DNA from: Promethearchaeota archaeon Loki_b32
GTDB taxonomy: Archaea > Asgardarchaeota > Lokiarchaeia > Sigyniarchaeales > SOKP01
DNA: 53,413 bases
NCBI GenBank assembly: GCA_005223125.1
Contig: NJBH01000028.1
Coordinates: 1-53,413, forward strand
Reading direction: 5' to 3'
The translations under genes and the position numbers were made by a program. The notes under the pieces were generated by a model. That model made no database searches. It had not been told where the DNA came from and was given only the letters and a program-made list of their open reading frames with translations. Every line of letters begins with the position of its first letter. Position 1 is the stretch's first letter. Below, piece by piece: positions 1 to 9,712 of the stretch.

Positions 1-995
1 GAGATTTCCTTGATGGTTCAATTGAAATAATTTATAAAAAAAATTATTATAAATTATGGGGAATAAATCCCCTTGTAAATATTTACTCCTTTTTAAGAAA
101 AAACTTTCAAAATTATGATGTGATTCATGTACATTCTTACCTTTTTTTAACTTCTTTTCAGAGTGCTCTATTTCGAAAAATAAGAAAATTCCCTTTTATA
201 CTACATTTACATGGAGGTATACGAACTCCACAAAATCTTAGCTCATGCCTTATTGAAAAGTTACAACTAGGCTTTAAAAACATGTTTTTTGATAAATCGA
301 TAGGGAGTTTTACAATAAAAACTGCAGATGCATTAATCTCTGTATCTAAAAAAGATTTAGATATTATTAAAAAACGCTATAATATTCGACATAATAATAA
401 TTACTACATACCAAATGGTGTAGATACTGAGATTTTTCAAAAAAAAAAAGAAAATGGGAAAATATATGTCACATTCATCGGAAGGTTATCGTATATCAAA
501 GGATTTGATATATATATGAATGTTATTAAAGAACTTTATAAATATGATAAAGACTTGAATTTTTTAATAATAGGGAAAGGTCCTTTAAAAAAATTAATTA
601 AACCAGCGCAAAAAATCCTTCCAATTCTGCACTCTGACTTTTATCCATATGAAAAAATGGTTGATATTTACAATCTTAGTAAAGTAGTACTTATTACTTC
701 TCGATTTGAAGGTGTCCCAACAATATTACTTGAAAGTCTAGCATGTGAGACACCAGTAATTGCATCAAATGTTGGAGGAATTACTGAAGTCCTAAGAAAT
801 GATGAAAACGGCTTATTGATCAAAGATTTTAATGCAAAATCAGCAATTTCACAAATAATAGATGTTTTACATGATCAAGACAAGTTAAGTACGTTTGGGA
901 GGAATGGAAGGAATTTAGTACTAAAGAATTTTACTTGGGATGTAATAACAGATAAAATAGAAATGGTTTACAAGAATTTTATAAAGAGTTTATAA
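1..995 (+). CDS. Glycosyltransferase family 4 (GT-B), 5'-truncated by the window edge
   Basis: Motifs IPNGVD, FIGRL and SRFEGVPTILLESLACETPVIASNVGG (GT4 E-x7-E). The frame of the 120..995 ORF stays open back to base 3, so the real start lies upstream of the window. Confidence 0.9.
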   Translation, partial: DFLDGSIEIIYKKNYYKLWGINPLVNIYSFLRKNFQNYDVIHVHSYLFLTSFQSALFRKIRKFPFILHLHGGIRTPQNLSSCLIEKLQLGFKNMFFDKSIGSFTIKTADALISVSKKDLDIIKKRYNIRHNNNYYIPNGVDTEIFQKKKENGKIYVTFIGRLSYIKGFDIYMNVIKELYKYDKDLNFLIIGKGPLKKLIKPAQKILPILHSDFYPYEKMVDIYNLSKVVLITSRFEGVPTILLESLACETPVIASNVGGITEVLRNDENGLLIKDFNAKSAISQIIDVLHDQDKLSTFGRNGRNLVLKNFTWDVITDKIEMVYKNFIKSL

Positions 996-1501
996 ATTCA
1001 TCTAATTCATACACATAGGTAATTCTATTTGCCCATACATTGCTATATGCGAAATTATAGTCAATGCTTTTATCAAATTTCTTTAGAAGCCTTTTACTAT
1101 TTTTAGTTTTGGGACACCTGCCACGGATTCTTAGTTAAGAGCATCAATTCTAAGCCAATAGCCCATTAAATAGCATTTACTGCAACCTTTGGGGAAAAGA
1201 AATATGGTACTATTCCTGAGCACCATATTCTGTGAAGAACTGGTATGAAAAAACTGAGATTTTTACTAGATTTATTTTCTATACTTTTTATACGATAAGT
1301 ATTATTCAATTAATTTAAACTGTAGAAATTGTCTATAGTTTGAGAATAGTGGAATAATACTTGGAAATTGTTCTATTTATATTTAACAATTTCACCTAAC
1401 TCTCTTATCAATTAAAAATTGATTAAAATAGTTTTATATTTTATATTATACAAGATCTATTTAACAATAAAAAATAAAAATTTTAAAAAAAGTGATCGAC
1501 A

Positions 1502-2026
1502 ATGATGACAGTAGGAAAAAAATTAAGTGTGATATCTGGAATAATAACACTTGTTGCGACCTTTTTATTTTCATGGATTGCTCTTGAAATAGGTAAAGGT
1601 GGTACAATTTACTATGCTAATGGCTTAGGGATAATTAAAAGCCTTCCAGCTATGTTTACAGATGCAGAAAGTATAGGAGACACATTAGCTATACATGTGT
1701 TTGCATTTTATATTATTGCGGGTATATTTATTTTATTCTTGGCTTCGGGTGTTTTACAAATTTTAGGAACAAAGCACCGTGCATTTGTATTAGTAGGGAG
1801 TATCGTATCGCTTGGAATAGTAACTTTACTCCTGTTAAGTAATGTTGATGTAATTGATAAGGCAAATTGGGTATATTATATTCTAGGTACAGACGAACCG
1901 TTAATAGAAAATATCATTCCATTAAAAATATTGGGTTTTGGTACTTTTGATATAGGGATGTGGTTATTATATGCTGGCGGTATTTTAGGGATTGTTGCTT
2001 CTGTTTATGGCCCAGGACCCTTTTAA
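1502..2026 (+). CDS. Hypothetical multi-pass membrane protein (about 4 TM)
   Basis: 174-aa ORF with four hydrophobic segments; GTGA motif upstream and T-rich tract downstream. Confidence 0.75.
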   Translation: MMTVGKKLSVISGIITLVATFLFSWIALEIGKGGTIYYANGLGIIKSLPAMFTDAESIGDTLAIHVFAFYIIAGIFILFLASGVLQILGTKHRAFVLVGSIVSLGIVTLLLLSNVDVIDKANWVYYILGTDEPLIENIIPLKILGFGTFDIGMWLLYAGGILGIVASVYGPGPF

Positions 2027-2231
2027 CACAATTTCTTTTTTATTTTTTTTATTTTAATAACTTAATAATAACAGTTGAAATTCACATTAAATAAACTGCT
2101 TTATATGATATTTTAAGTTTTCAAAGTTCTTTTAACAAGAATTTATTCCAGTAAGACCAAAGGTAAATCTTGTATATATTACCTTCAATCTATCTTACAT
2201 TAAATAATATTTAAAAAAAAGTGTGATAAAA

Positions 2232-2300
2232 ATGGGAAAGGGAAAAATAATTGCCATAATTGGTGGTATATTAGGAGTAATAGGTGGAGCCACTAGTTAA
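2232..2300 (+). pseudogene. 22-aa mini-ORF MGKGKIIAIIGGILGVIGGATS, probably an internally deleted paralogue of the 1502..2026 membrane protein
   Basis: Manual translation. Upstream aaaaaaagtgtga leader resembles that of the neighbour, a T13 tract follows, the N-terminus resembles MTVGKKLSVISGII and the end resembles GGILGIVAS. Confidence 0.55.
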
Positions 2301-2311
2301 TTAAAAATTAA

Positions 2312-2324
2312 TTTTTTTTTTTTT
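2312..2324 (+). terminator. Oligo-T tract (T13), candidate archaeal terminator
   Basis: T run 12 nt after the stop of the mini-ORF, between convergent genes. Confidence 0.45.
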
Positions 2325-2349
2325 CTAATAATTAATTACTTTATATTCG

Positions 2350-3018
2350 TTAATTATTCCCCATTAAAAGTTTAATGTCTTCAAGAGTATTTATATTAAG
2401 AAAAGTAAGAAGATTTTGATCATACTGCTTAATTGAGTTTTCAACAGATAGGAAGTTAATTTTCCAATTATCACTAATAATATTAGTGAGTTTGTATTTA
2501 TGATTTTTCAAGTTTTCCTCAGCTTTTTTATATGCTTTTTTAATAGGATATATCGCAAATAAAGGCTCTAAGAATCCATTATTCCATTTTGGAATACAAC
2601 AATCATATCCTTTTGATTGTTTTATCAAAAATTCAATTACATCGAGATTAATAAGTGGTAAATCACAAGAAAGTGTAAGGGATTTTTCATAATCCATGTC
2701 TTTTAATTCTTTATATGCTGAGTATAATCCTTTCATAGGGGTATGAAAATTTGAATCTGATGAAGGAGAATTATCGTCAATTATGAATCCTGTAATCTGT
2801 CTAATATCAATTTTATTAATGTAAGACTGAACTTGTTCTATGGAATGTGCGACTAAGAAAATATCATAATCGGTTTGAGTTAATGTCTCAAGCTGATAGG
2901 AAATTAAAGATTTCCCGTGAAATTCAAAAAGCCCCTTATCACTTCCAAAACGGGTACTTTTCCCTCCAATTAATATAGCAATTGCTAGATATTTAGAATT
3001 GTTTTTTATTGATAACAC
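2350..3018 (-). CDS. mobA: Molybdenum cofactor guanylyltransferase
   Basis: ILIGGKSTRFGSDKG, LSCDLP, LEPLFAIY and FLNINT motifs. Confidence 0.88.
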   Translation of the reverse strand: MLSIKNNSKYLAIAILIGGKSTRFGSDKGLFEFHGKSLISYQLETLTQTDYDIFLVAHSIEQVQSYINKIDIRQITGFIIDDNSPSSDSNFHTPMKGLYSAYKELKDMDYEKSLTLSCDLPLINLDVIEFLIKQSKGYDCCIPKWNNGFLEPLFAIYPIKKAYKKAEENLKNHKYKLTNIISDNWKINFLSVENSIKQYDQNLLTFLNINTLEDIKLLMGNN

Positions 3019-3126
3019 TTCTGTGTTAGAAATATTTAATATTCTATTAGACTAATAATTAAAAATTATATATGATTTAAATTAATTGAAGATAATAAAA
3101 TTGCTGCTCTCAATCGTACCAATATC

Positions 3127-4650
3127 ATGCTTTTTAAAATGAAAATAAAAAAAATGAGAGAAAAACCCCGAGAAAATTGTGCTATTTTTGGTGTAACTTG
3201 CAATGATCTTGGTTATTCTGTATCAAAGCTTTTATATCAAGGATTAATCGCTTTACAACATCGTGGACAAGAATCAACAGGGATTTCTCTTTTAAAAACT
3301 GGTGGAAAAATATACACATATAAAAGGAATGGATTAGTTTCGAAGGTATTAGAAAACCCAATTATATCGCAGTTTTGGGGCAATGTAGGAATCGGACACA
3401 ATAGATATGCAACTACAGGAGCAGTAGGTTATAAATCAATGGACTATATCCAGCCTTTTCATTTTAAAACCAATGAAATCGAATTTTCTATGGCTTTTAA
3501 TGGAACTATCGCTAATTTCGATGAAATAAAAAAAAATATGGATGATATGGGTCGTGTTTTTATTACTGATACTGATACTGAAGTAATAGCTCAATTGATT
3601 GGATCGATTGCATTAGGAACTGAAGATTGGCCTGAAGTATTGAAATTAACTAGTAGATTGTTGGATGGTTCTTATTCTTTGATTTTAATGACTGATGAGG
3701 GAGATATTTATGCTATGAGAGACCCTCTGGGGTTCAAACCGCTCTGTATTGGTGAATTAAAATCTGATAAAAGAAACCTCTATTTTGTTTCATCAGAATC
3801 ATGTGCTATAGATGCTGTAGGAGGGATTTTATTAAGAGATGTGGAACCGGGAGAAATATTGCATTTAAGTCATCAAAAAGATATTCATTCAGAATTGGTA
3901 ATTAAATCACCAAAAACAGCTTTATGCCAATTTGAATTTATATATTTCGCGCGACCTGATTCGATTATTGATGGCGTATCAGTTGCACAAGCTCGCTTAA
4001 GACTAGGTAGCCTTCTAGCGAAAAATGATCCTATTTTAAAGAATCCAGAAATAAGAGAAAATGCTGTTGTTGTTCCCGTACCAGATTCTGGTCGAAGTGT
4101 CGCGGTAGGATATGCTAAAGAAGCTAAACTACCCTATGTAGAAGGATTAATGAAAAACCGCTACATTTGGAGAACTTTTATTATTCCTGGACAAGCCCGT
4201 CGCAAAGCTGCTGTTAAAGAAAAGTTAAACCCAATTAAAAGTGTTATTCAAGGAAGAGATATAATATTACTGGATGATTCTATTGTACGTGGCACTACGA
4301 CCCAACAACTTGTATCCTTACTAAAAAATCGAGGAGAGGCTAAAAATATTCATTTACGTATTAGTTGTCCACCAATTGTAAGTCCATGTTATATGGGAAT
4401 AGATTTTCCTACAAAAGAAGAATTAATTGCTGGAAGATTCCAAAAATTATATAATGAGAATTATATTGAAGAAATCAGAAAAAAAATAGGTGCAGATACT
4501 CTATTATATCAGAACGTTGAAGATTTAGTAATGGCTATTGGAAAAGAAGAAAACCAGTTATGTTTAGCTTGCCTAACAGGTAATTATCCTCTAAAATCGG
4601 TAGAAAAGCTAGCGGAAATGGAACAATCAATTGTTCAAAGTAGAGTTTAA
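3127..4650 (+). CDS. purF: Amidophosphoribosyltransferase, canonical (propeptide, Cys1, Fe-S type)
   Basis: ENCAIFG (Ntn Cys), LQHRGQES, GHNRYAT, CQFEFIYFARPDS, VPDSG, LLDDSIVRGTT (PRPP loop), CLACLTG. Confidence 0.95.
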   Translation: MLFKMKIKKMREKPRENCAIFGVTCNDLGYSVSKLLYQGLIALQHRGQESTGISLLKTGGKIYTYKRNGLVSKVLENPIISQFWGNVGIGHNRYATTGAVGYKSMDYIQPFHFKTNEIEFSMAFNGTIANFDEIKKNMDDMGRVFITDTDTEVIAQLIGSIALGTEDWPEVLKLTSRLLDGSYSLILMTDEGDIYAMRDPLGFKPLCIGELKSDKRNLYFVSSESCAIDAVGGILLRDVEPGEILHLSHQKDIHSELVIKSPKTALCQFEFIYFARPDSIIDGVSVAQARLRLGSLLAKNDPILKNPEIRENAVVVPVPDSGRSVAVGYAKEAKLPYVEGLMKNRYIWRTFIIPGQARRKAAVKEKLNPIKSVIQGRDIILLDDSIVRGTTTQQLVSLLKNRGEAKNIHLRISCPPIVSPCYMGIDFPTKEELIAGRFQKLYNENYIEEIRKKIGADTLLYQNVEDLVMAIGKEENQLCLACLTGNYPLKSVEKLAEMEQSIVQSRV

Positions 4651-4657
4651 TTAACTC

Positions 4658-6055
4658 TTATTCCACCCCATCCCAGCAATAAGTACACAGCTTTTCTTTT
4701 GGTAATCCAATAGCTTTAACCAGATCCTCAAGTTTCTGGTATTGTAAAGTTGTTAGACGTAACCTTTTACGAATAACATCGACCATGGCTTTAAAATTGT
4801 CCGATTCTGGATCTGTATACTCAGCAGGATCGTCAATATCTCTTCCGATTAATTCTTTTATTGCCCATCGCCCTGCTAAATCTAACTCAGAACGAAACCT
4901 TGAGAAATTTAAGAATTTGCAGCTATAAACAAGTGGAGGACATGCTGGTCTCATATGAACCTCCTTAGCACCATAATCGAATAATCTTTGGATAGTTTTT
5001 CTAAGTTGTGTCCCTCTCACAATTGAATCTTCACAGAAAAGTAAACGCTTATCTTCAATAAGTTCTTTAATTGGAATGAGTTTCATCTTCGCAACTTCAT
5101 CCCTAATAGATTGTACTTGAGGCATGAAGCTCCGAGGCCATGTTGGAGTATATTTTACAAATGGTCGAGAGAAGGGAATTTTTGCTTCGTTTGCATAACC
5201 CAGCCCATGCCCTGTACCTGAATCTGGGATACCTGCAACTAGATCAATTTCAATATCATCATTCTTTGATAAATAAGAACCACATTTATAACGAACAACT
5301 TCTACATTTATATCTTCGTAATTAGATGCAGGATATCCATAATATACCCATAGAAAAGCACAAATCTGCATTTGGTCACGAGGTGCTGCTTTTTGTTCAA
5401 CACCCTTCTGGCTTAATAAAATTATTTCACCTGGTCCAAGATATTTTATTATTTCATATCCTAAGTTTGGAAATGCACATGTTTCCATTGTAACAGCATA
5501 CGAGCCAACTTTTTTTCCTAATATGAGGGGTGTCCTACCGAATTTATCCCTAGCGGCATAGATTCCTTCACTTGTTAATAAAAGAATTGTACATGAACCT
5601 TTTACTAAATTTTGAACTTTCTGAATGCCCTCTTTAAAAGTAGATCCTTGGCTAATTATAGTTGCCACCATTTCTGTTGGATTAATCTCTCCACCATGCA
5701 TTTCTGAGAAATGTGTTCCATTTTTTAACGCTTCTTTTGCCAGATATTCTAAATTATTAATTTTTCCAACTGTAGAGATAGCAAATACACCTAAACCTGA
5801 GCTAATTATTAAAGGTTGATCATCATAATCACTGATCACACCGATACCTTTATTTCCATGCATTTTTTTGATATCTTTCTCAAATTTCGACCTAAATTGA
5901 GTTGTTGTAATATCTTTGATGAATCTTTGAAAACCACCTGAATTTTTAACAGCCAATCCTCCTCTTCTCGTTCCTAAATGAGAATGATAATCAGTTCCAT
6001 AAAAAAGATCTTCCAAACAATCCGAATCTGAAAAAACTCCAAAAAGACCTCCCAT
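4658..6055 (-). CDS. purF: Second amidophosphoribosyltransferase-like protein lacking the N-terminal catalytic Cys
   Basis: Starts MGGLFG; HSHLGTRRGG, IPDSG, CEDSIVRGTQ, RPACPP and CTYCW motifs. Confidence 0.88.
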   Translation of the reverse strand: MGGLFGVFSDSDCLEDLFYGTDYHSHLGTRRGGLAVKNSGGFQRFIKDITTTQFRSKFEKDIKKMHGNKGIGVISDYDDQPLIISSGLGVFAISTVGKINNLEYLAKEALKNGTHFSEMHGGEINPTEMVATIISQGSTFKEGIQKVQNLVKGSCTILLLTSEGIYAARDKFGRTPLILGKKVGSYAVTMETCAFPNLGYEIIKYLGPGEIILLSQKGVEQKAAPRDQMQICAFLWVYYGYPASNYEDINVEVVRYKCGSYLSKNDDIEIDLVAGIPDSGTGHGLGYANEAKIPFSRPFVKYTPTWPRSFMPQVQSIRDEVAKMKLIPIKELIEDKRLLFCEDSIVRGTQLRKTIQRLFDYGAKEVHMRPACPPLVYSCKFLNFSRFRSELDLAGRWAIKELIGRDIDDPAEYTDPESDNFKAMVDVIRKRLRLTTLQYQKLEDLVKAIGLPKEKLCTYCWDGVE

Positions 6056-6166
6056 TATTTATACACAATATATTTGAACGAAAAAATATTATTAAATGAG
6101 ATTATTAATCCAATATGATTTGAAAAAGCTAAGATACTCCTAAATCATTTAGATAAAAATGTATAA

Positions 6167-6304
6167 TTAATTTATAATTTTGGCTCCCGGGATATCCTCT
6201 CTTTCAAATCTTTTCATAATTATTGCGTTGTTCGAGCAGGTTACAGCACATAATCCCTACCCAATACATTTGTCAAGATTAACTTGTGCAATATCATTAA
6301 CTGT
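6167..6304 (-). pseudogene. C-terminal remnant of a 4Fe-4S ferredoxin-domain gene with an in-frame TAG
   Basis: Manual translation TVNDIAQVNLDKCIG*GLCAVTCSNNAIIMKRFEREDIPGAKIIN. CxxCxxCxxxC has its second Cys replaced by TAG (6257-6259). No start codon; overlaps the hypF stop. Confidence 0.75.
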
Positions 6305-8690
6305 GCTGGAATAATCCTCCAATTAATTGCCCTGTACTAATTCCAGCATCACCAGGAGGAACTAGATTGTGTTCTAAAAACTCAAATCCCTCTAATTTTA
6401 TATCTTTTTTTATAGTTTTTGCGAATAAGAAATTGTAGGCAACCCCTCCAGTCAATCCAATTTTATCTATTCCTTTTAGTTTAGCTATCTCTTTAGCTAC
6501 TTTTGAAAAAGCTAAAGCCAATTCTACATGAAATTTGGCAGCAATATCAATGGGTCTATTTTTTTTATCCTTAAGTAAATTTATGATATCAAGAGTTAAT
6601 TTTGATGTATCTATTATAGCTTTACCTTTTACTTCATCTATATTTATTTCAAGCTTAATATTTGCAGGATTGCCTCTTGATGCTAAACCTTCAAGCTTCA
6701 TAGCAGGTTCTCCTCTATATGTTTTAACATAAGAAGCCCCTAATATATATGAAACAACATCAAATATTCTGCCTGTTGAGCTTGTTAATGGAATATTTTC
6801 AGAAGGAAATCGATTATTTGCTTTTTCAAATTGTGAAATTAGCGTTTTTAATTCGGTTTCTTTAAATTCTAAATCATTTTTTATTTTTGATTTCTCAAAA
6901 ATCTTTGATGCTTCTTCTGTTCCAAGTTCTCTCAATAAAATTGAGCTTAACATACGAGCAGGATATTTAGTACATCGATCTCCTCCCACCATTGGTTGAT
7001 ATTTCAAATGTCCAATCCTTTCATAATTATCATAAGATGCTATTAGAATCTCTCCTCCCCAAATATTTTCATCATCACCATATCCAATTCCATCAGTACT
7101 TATACCAATGATTTTTTCATCAAGTTTCACCTTATTTTCAGCCATTAATCCCAAAACATGAGCATAGTGGTGTTGGATAGGGTAGAGCGGAACATTAAAC
7201 TGCTTAGATAATTCTTTTCCAAATTTGGTAGTAATGAATTCGGGGTGCGCGTCGCAAGCTATAAATTTAATTTCAGAATCCCTTATTTGAAGTAAACCTT
7301 TTAAATGAAAGAGAGAATTTTTTAAGAATTCATAAGTTTCAAGATGAGTTATATGTCCGATATGTTGAGTAGGAAATATTCTATTATATTTTAAAATACT
7401 ACCCGTTGCAGCCAACTCAGGACCCGTTGCAAAAGCACTTGGAATATCAACTTCAAAAGGTAATGAAAGATATTCCGGAACAAAACCTCGAGAACGTCTA
7501 ATTAATTTTTCAATACCATCATGTATTCTTAAAACACTATCATCTGCTCTTTGATAAATTGGTCTATTATGGATGAGAAAAATATCTGCTAGATCTTGAA
7601 GTTGATTAAATATATCCTCGTTTTCAATTGCCATAGGAATATAAGATTTATTCCCACTTGTATAGATTAAAGGTTTCTCTCCAATGTATTCAAATAATAA
7701 ATAATGAATTCCCGAATATGGAAGCATTATCCCAACATTATTCAATCCTGGAGCCACTTGTGTACTAATTATTGAATTATTACTCAACTTTTTTCTTTCT
7801 AAAAGCACTATTGGTCTACGGAATGAATTTAAAAATTCTCTTTCAGAACTTGAGATTTCAAAATCGTTTTCGATTAAATCTAAGTTTGGAACCATTAAAG
7901 CGAATGGCTTAAACTTTCTTTCACCTTTTCTTTTACGAAGTTTGATTATTGTGCCGTCATTCACTAAACAAACTAAATGTGTACCTCCAATACCCTTGAT
8001 AGCGATAACTTCTCCTCTGTTTATTCTGGTAGCAACCTCTTGTAATATTAGATCAATTGAACCACTCTCAATAATTTCTTTTTGTTTGTTATACAATTTG
8101 TAATGTGGTCCACAAACAGAACATGCAAATGTCTGAGCATGAAATCTTCTATTATTGAAATCTGAATATTCTCCAATACAAGACTCAGGTTCTGCGTGTT
8201 GGCAAAAAGGAAATTTAACCATTGTGCTACGTTCTCTATCATAAGGTAATTCAGTTACTGTTGTATACCTTGGGCCACACACTGCACACGCAATAAAAGG
8301 ATATTTATAATACTTTTTTTTATAAGGATTATGCATATCTTTTAAGCATTCATCACAAATTGCAATATCTGGTGGGAGTGTTAGACTAATACCACGACCC
8401 TGTTCACTTTGCCTAATCTCAAGATTTTGAAATTTTTCGTGATAATCTAAATACTCAACTTCAATTTCTTCAATGAAAGAAATCTTAGGTTTTTTAATCT
8501 TAATATCTTCTAAAAAATTTTTTATATTTTGAGAATTCCCTTGTAAGATTAATCTTACGCCTGCATTTCCTCTATTTAATATATAACCATTTAGATTTAA
8601 GGAACGAGCTAAATTATATAAGAAGGGTCTAAAACCTACTCCTTGAACTATTCCTATAATTCTAATTTCTACTGTTTTATAATCTCTCAA
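6297..8690 (-). CDS. hypF: Carbamoyltransferase for [NiFe]-hydrogenase maturation
   Basis: Acylphosphatase motif GIVQGVGFRPF, Zn-finger CxxC motifs, KGIGG, QHHYAH, DGIGYG and PPGDAGISTGQ. Confidence 0.97.
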   Translation of the reverse strand: MRDYKTVEIRIIGIVQGVGFRPFLYNLARSLNLNGYILNRGNAGVRLILQGNSQNIKNFLEDIKIKKPKISFIEEIEVEYLDYHEKFQNLEIRQSEQGRGISLTLPPDIAICDECLKDMHNPYKKKYYKYPFIACAVCGPRYTTVTELPYDRERSTMVKFPFCQHAEPESCIGEYSDFNNRRFHAQTFACSVCGPHYKLYNKQKEIIESGSIDLILQEVATRINRGEVIAIKGIGGTHLVCLVNDGTIIKLRKRKGERKFKPFALMVPNLDLIENDFEISSSEREFLNSFRRPIVLLERKKLSNNSIISTQVAPGLNNVGIMLPYSGIHYLLFEYIGEKPLIYTSGNKSYIPMAIENEDIFNQLQDLADIFLIHNRPIYQRADDSVLRIHDGIEKLIRRSRGFVPEYLSLPFEVDIPSAFATGPELAATGSILKYNRIFPTQHIGHITHLETYEFLKNSLFHLKGLLQIRDSEIKFIACDAHPEFITTKFGKELSKQFNVPLYPIQHHYAHVLGLMAENKVKLDEKIIGISTDGIGYGDDENIWGGEILIASYDNYERIGHLKYQPMVGGDRCTKYPARMLSSILLRELGTEEASKIFEKSKIKNDLEFKETELKTLISQFEKANNRFPSENIPLTSSTGRIFDVVSYILGASYVKTYRGEPAMKLEGLASRGNPANIKLEINIDEVKGKAIIDTSKLTLDIINLLKDKKNRPIDIAAKFHVELALAFSKVAKEIAKLKGIDKIGLTGGVAYNFLFAKTIKKDIKLEGFEFLEHNLVPPGDAGISTGQLIGGLFQHS

Positions 8691-8839
8691 ATAGTTCCTT
8701 CAAGTTTTCATATTTAATTTGAGTTCTAATTTATTAAATAATCGCTATAAAATAAGATTAATATTTTATTATGAAAAGTATTATTAAATTAAGCTTTTGT
8801 TTTAGAATTAAACATTAACTTAAGTAGTACAGTGTTAAA

Positions 8840-9712
8840 ATGACTTTAAAAGAAAATATATGTGATATTCCATATAATAAAGCATTCTTCAAGACTAGTC
8901 ATAATTCATATATACATTCTATAAGGGAGCAATTAAATAAGGGAGTTAGAGGTCTTGAATATGATATACATGATGATAAAATACAAGAATTAGAAGATTT
9001 TGAAGTTTATCATTTACAAAACCATATTGATTCACTTCTTAATAAGGATGGTAACCCAAATAACCTTCTATTGACTAATTGGCTTAAATTATTAGATGAT
9101 TGGTCGGCTGAACAAAATAAAGACCATACACCCATCACACTCTTTATTGAGCTTAAAGATTCTATTATTGACTCAAATAATGAACCTGAAGAACTCTATG
9201 GGATCAAGAAACTTAATAAAATTATAGTAGATGCATTTCATTCGAAAACACTCTTCACTTTTAAAGATTTCAGAGAAAATAATTTTGATTGGCCAACAGT
9301 TAGGGAATTAAAAGGACGTATTATAATTGTTCTTGTAAGTTATTGGGGCGGATACTGGGCTGCCAGTGAGGGGGGTTTTAACTCTAGGCTCAAATATTTG
9401 AATAATTGCTTAGAAGGAATGGATGATGTCTGTTTTGTTTCTTGGGTACAAGAAGATCAAGGAGATAAAGCATCCTATCTTAAAGATAAAAGCCATTTTT
9501 GGAAATGTAGTCTTGAATTTAGCACTAAAAACTTTTCTCAAAACTCTGAATCCCAAAGAGTAACGCGGGCTGATTTTGATAAAATAGTATGGGGGATGCA
9601 CATAAAAACATATTATAAGAAAAATTATGAAAAAGGATATCGTTGTAATTTCCCTGCTACAGATGTGTGGGGGACAGAAAAATACGATTCATGTTTTCCT
9701 TGGTCAATTTAA
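8840..9712 (+). CDS. Phosphatidylinositol-specific phospholipase C-like phosphodiesterase (PLC TIM barrel)
   Basis: TSHNSY, QLNKGVRGLEYDIH, VYH, HTPITLFIELKD and WPTVRELKGRII match the PI-PLC X-domain pattern. Confidence 0.75.
   Translation: MTLKENICDIPYNKAFFKTSHNSYIHSIREQLNKGVRGLEYDIHDDKIQELEDFEVYHLQNHIDSLLNKDGNPNNLLLTNWLKLLDDWSAEQNKDHTPITLFIELKDSIIDSNNEPEELYGIKKLNKIIVDAFHSKTLFTFKDFRENNFDWPTVRELKGRIIIVLVSYWGGYWAASEGGFNSRLKYLNNCLEGMDDVCFVSWVQEDQGDKASYLKDKSHFWKCSLEFSTKNFSQNSESQRVTRADFDKIVWGMHIKTYYKKNYEKGYRCNFPATDVWGTEKYDSCFPWSI

Noticed and set aside
979-1134. 51-codon minus-strand open frame (LRIRGRCPKTKNSKRLL...DEFINSL)
   Set aside because: Bounded by an in-frame stop, with no canonical start near its 5' end and no recognisable family. 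It may be a remnant but cannot be supported.
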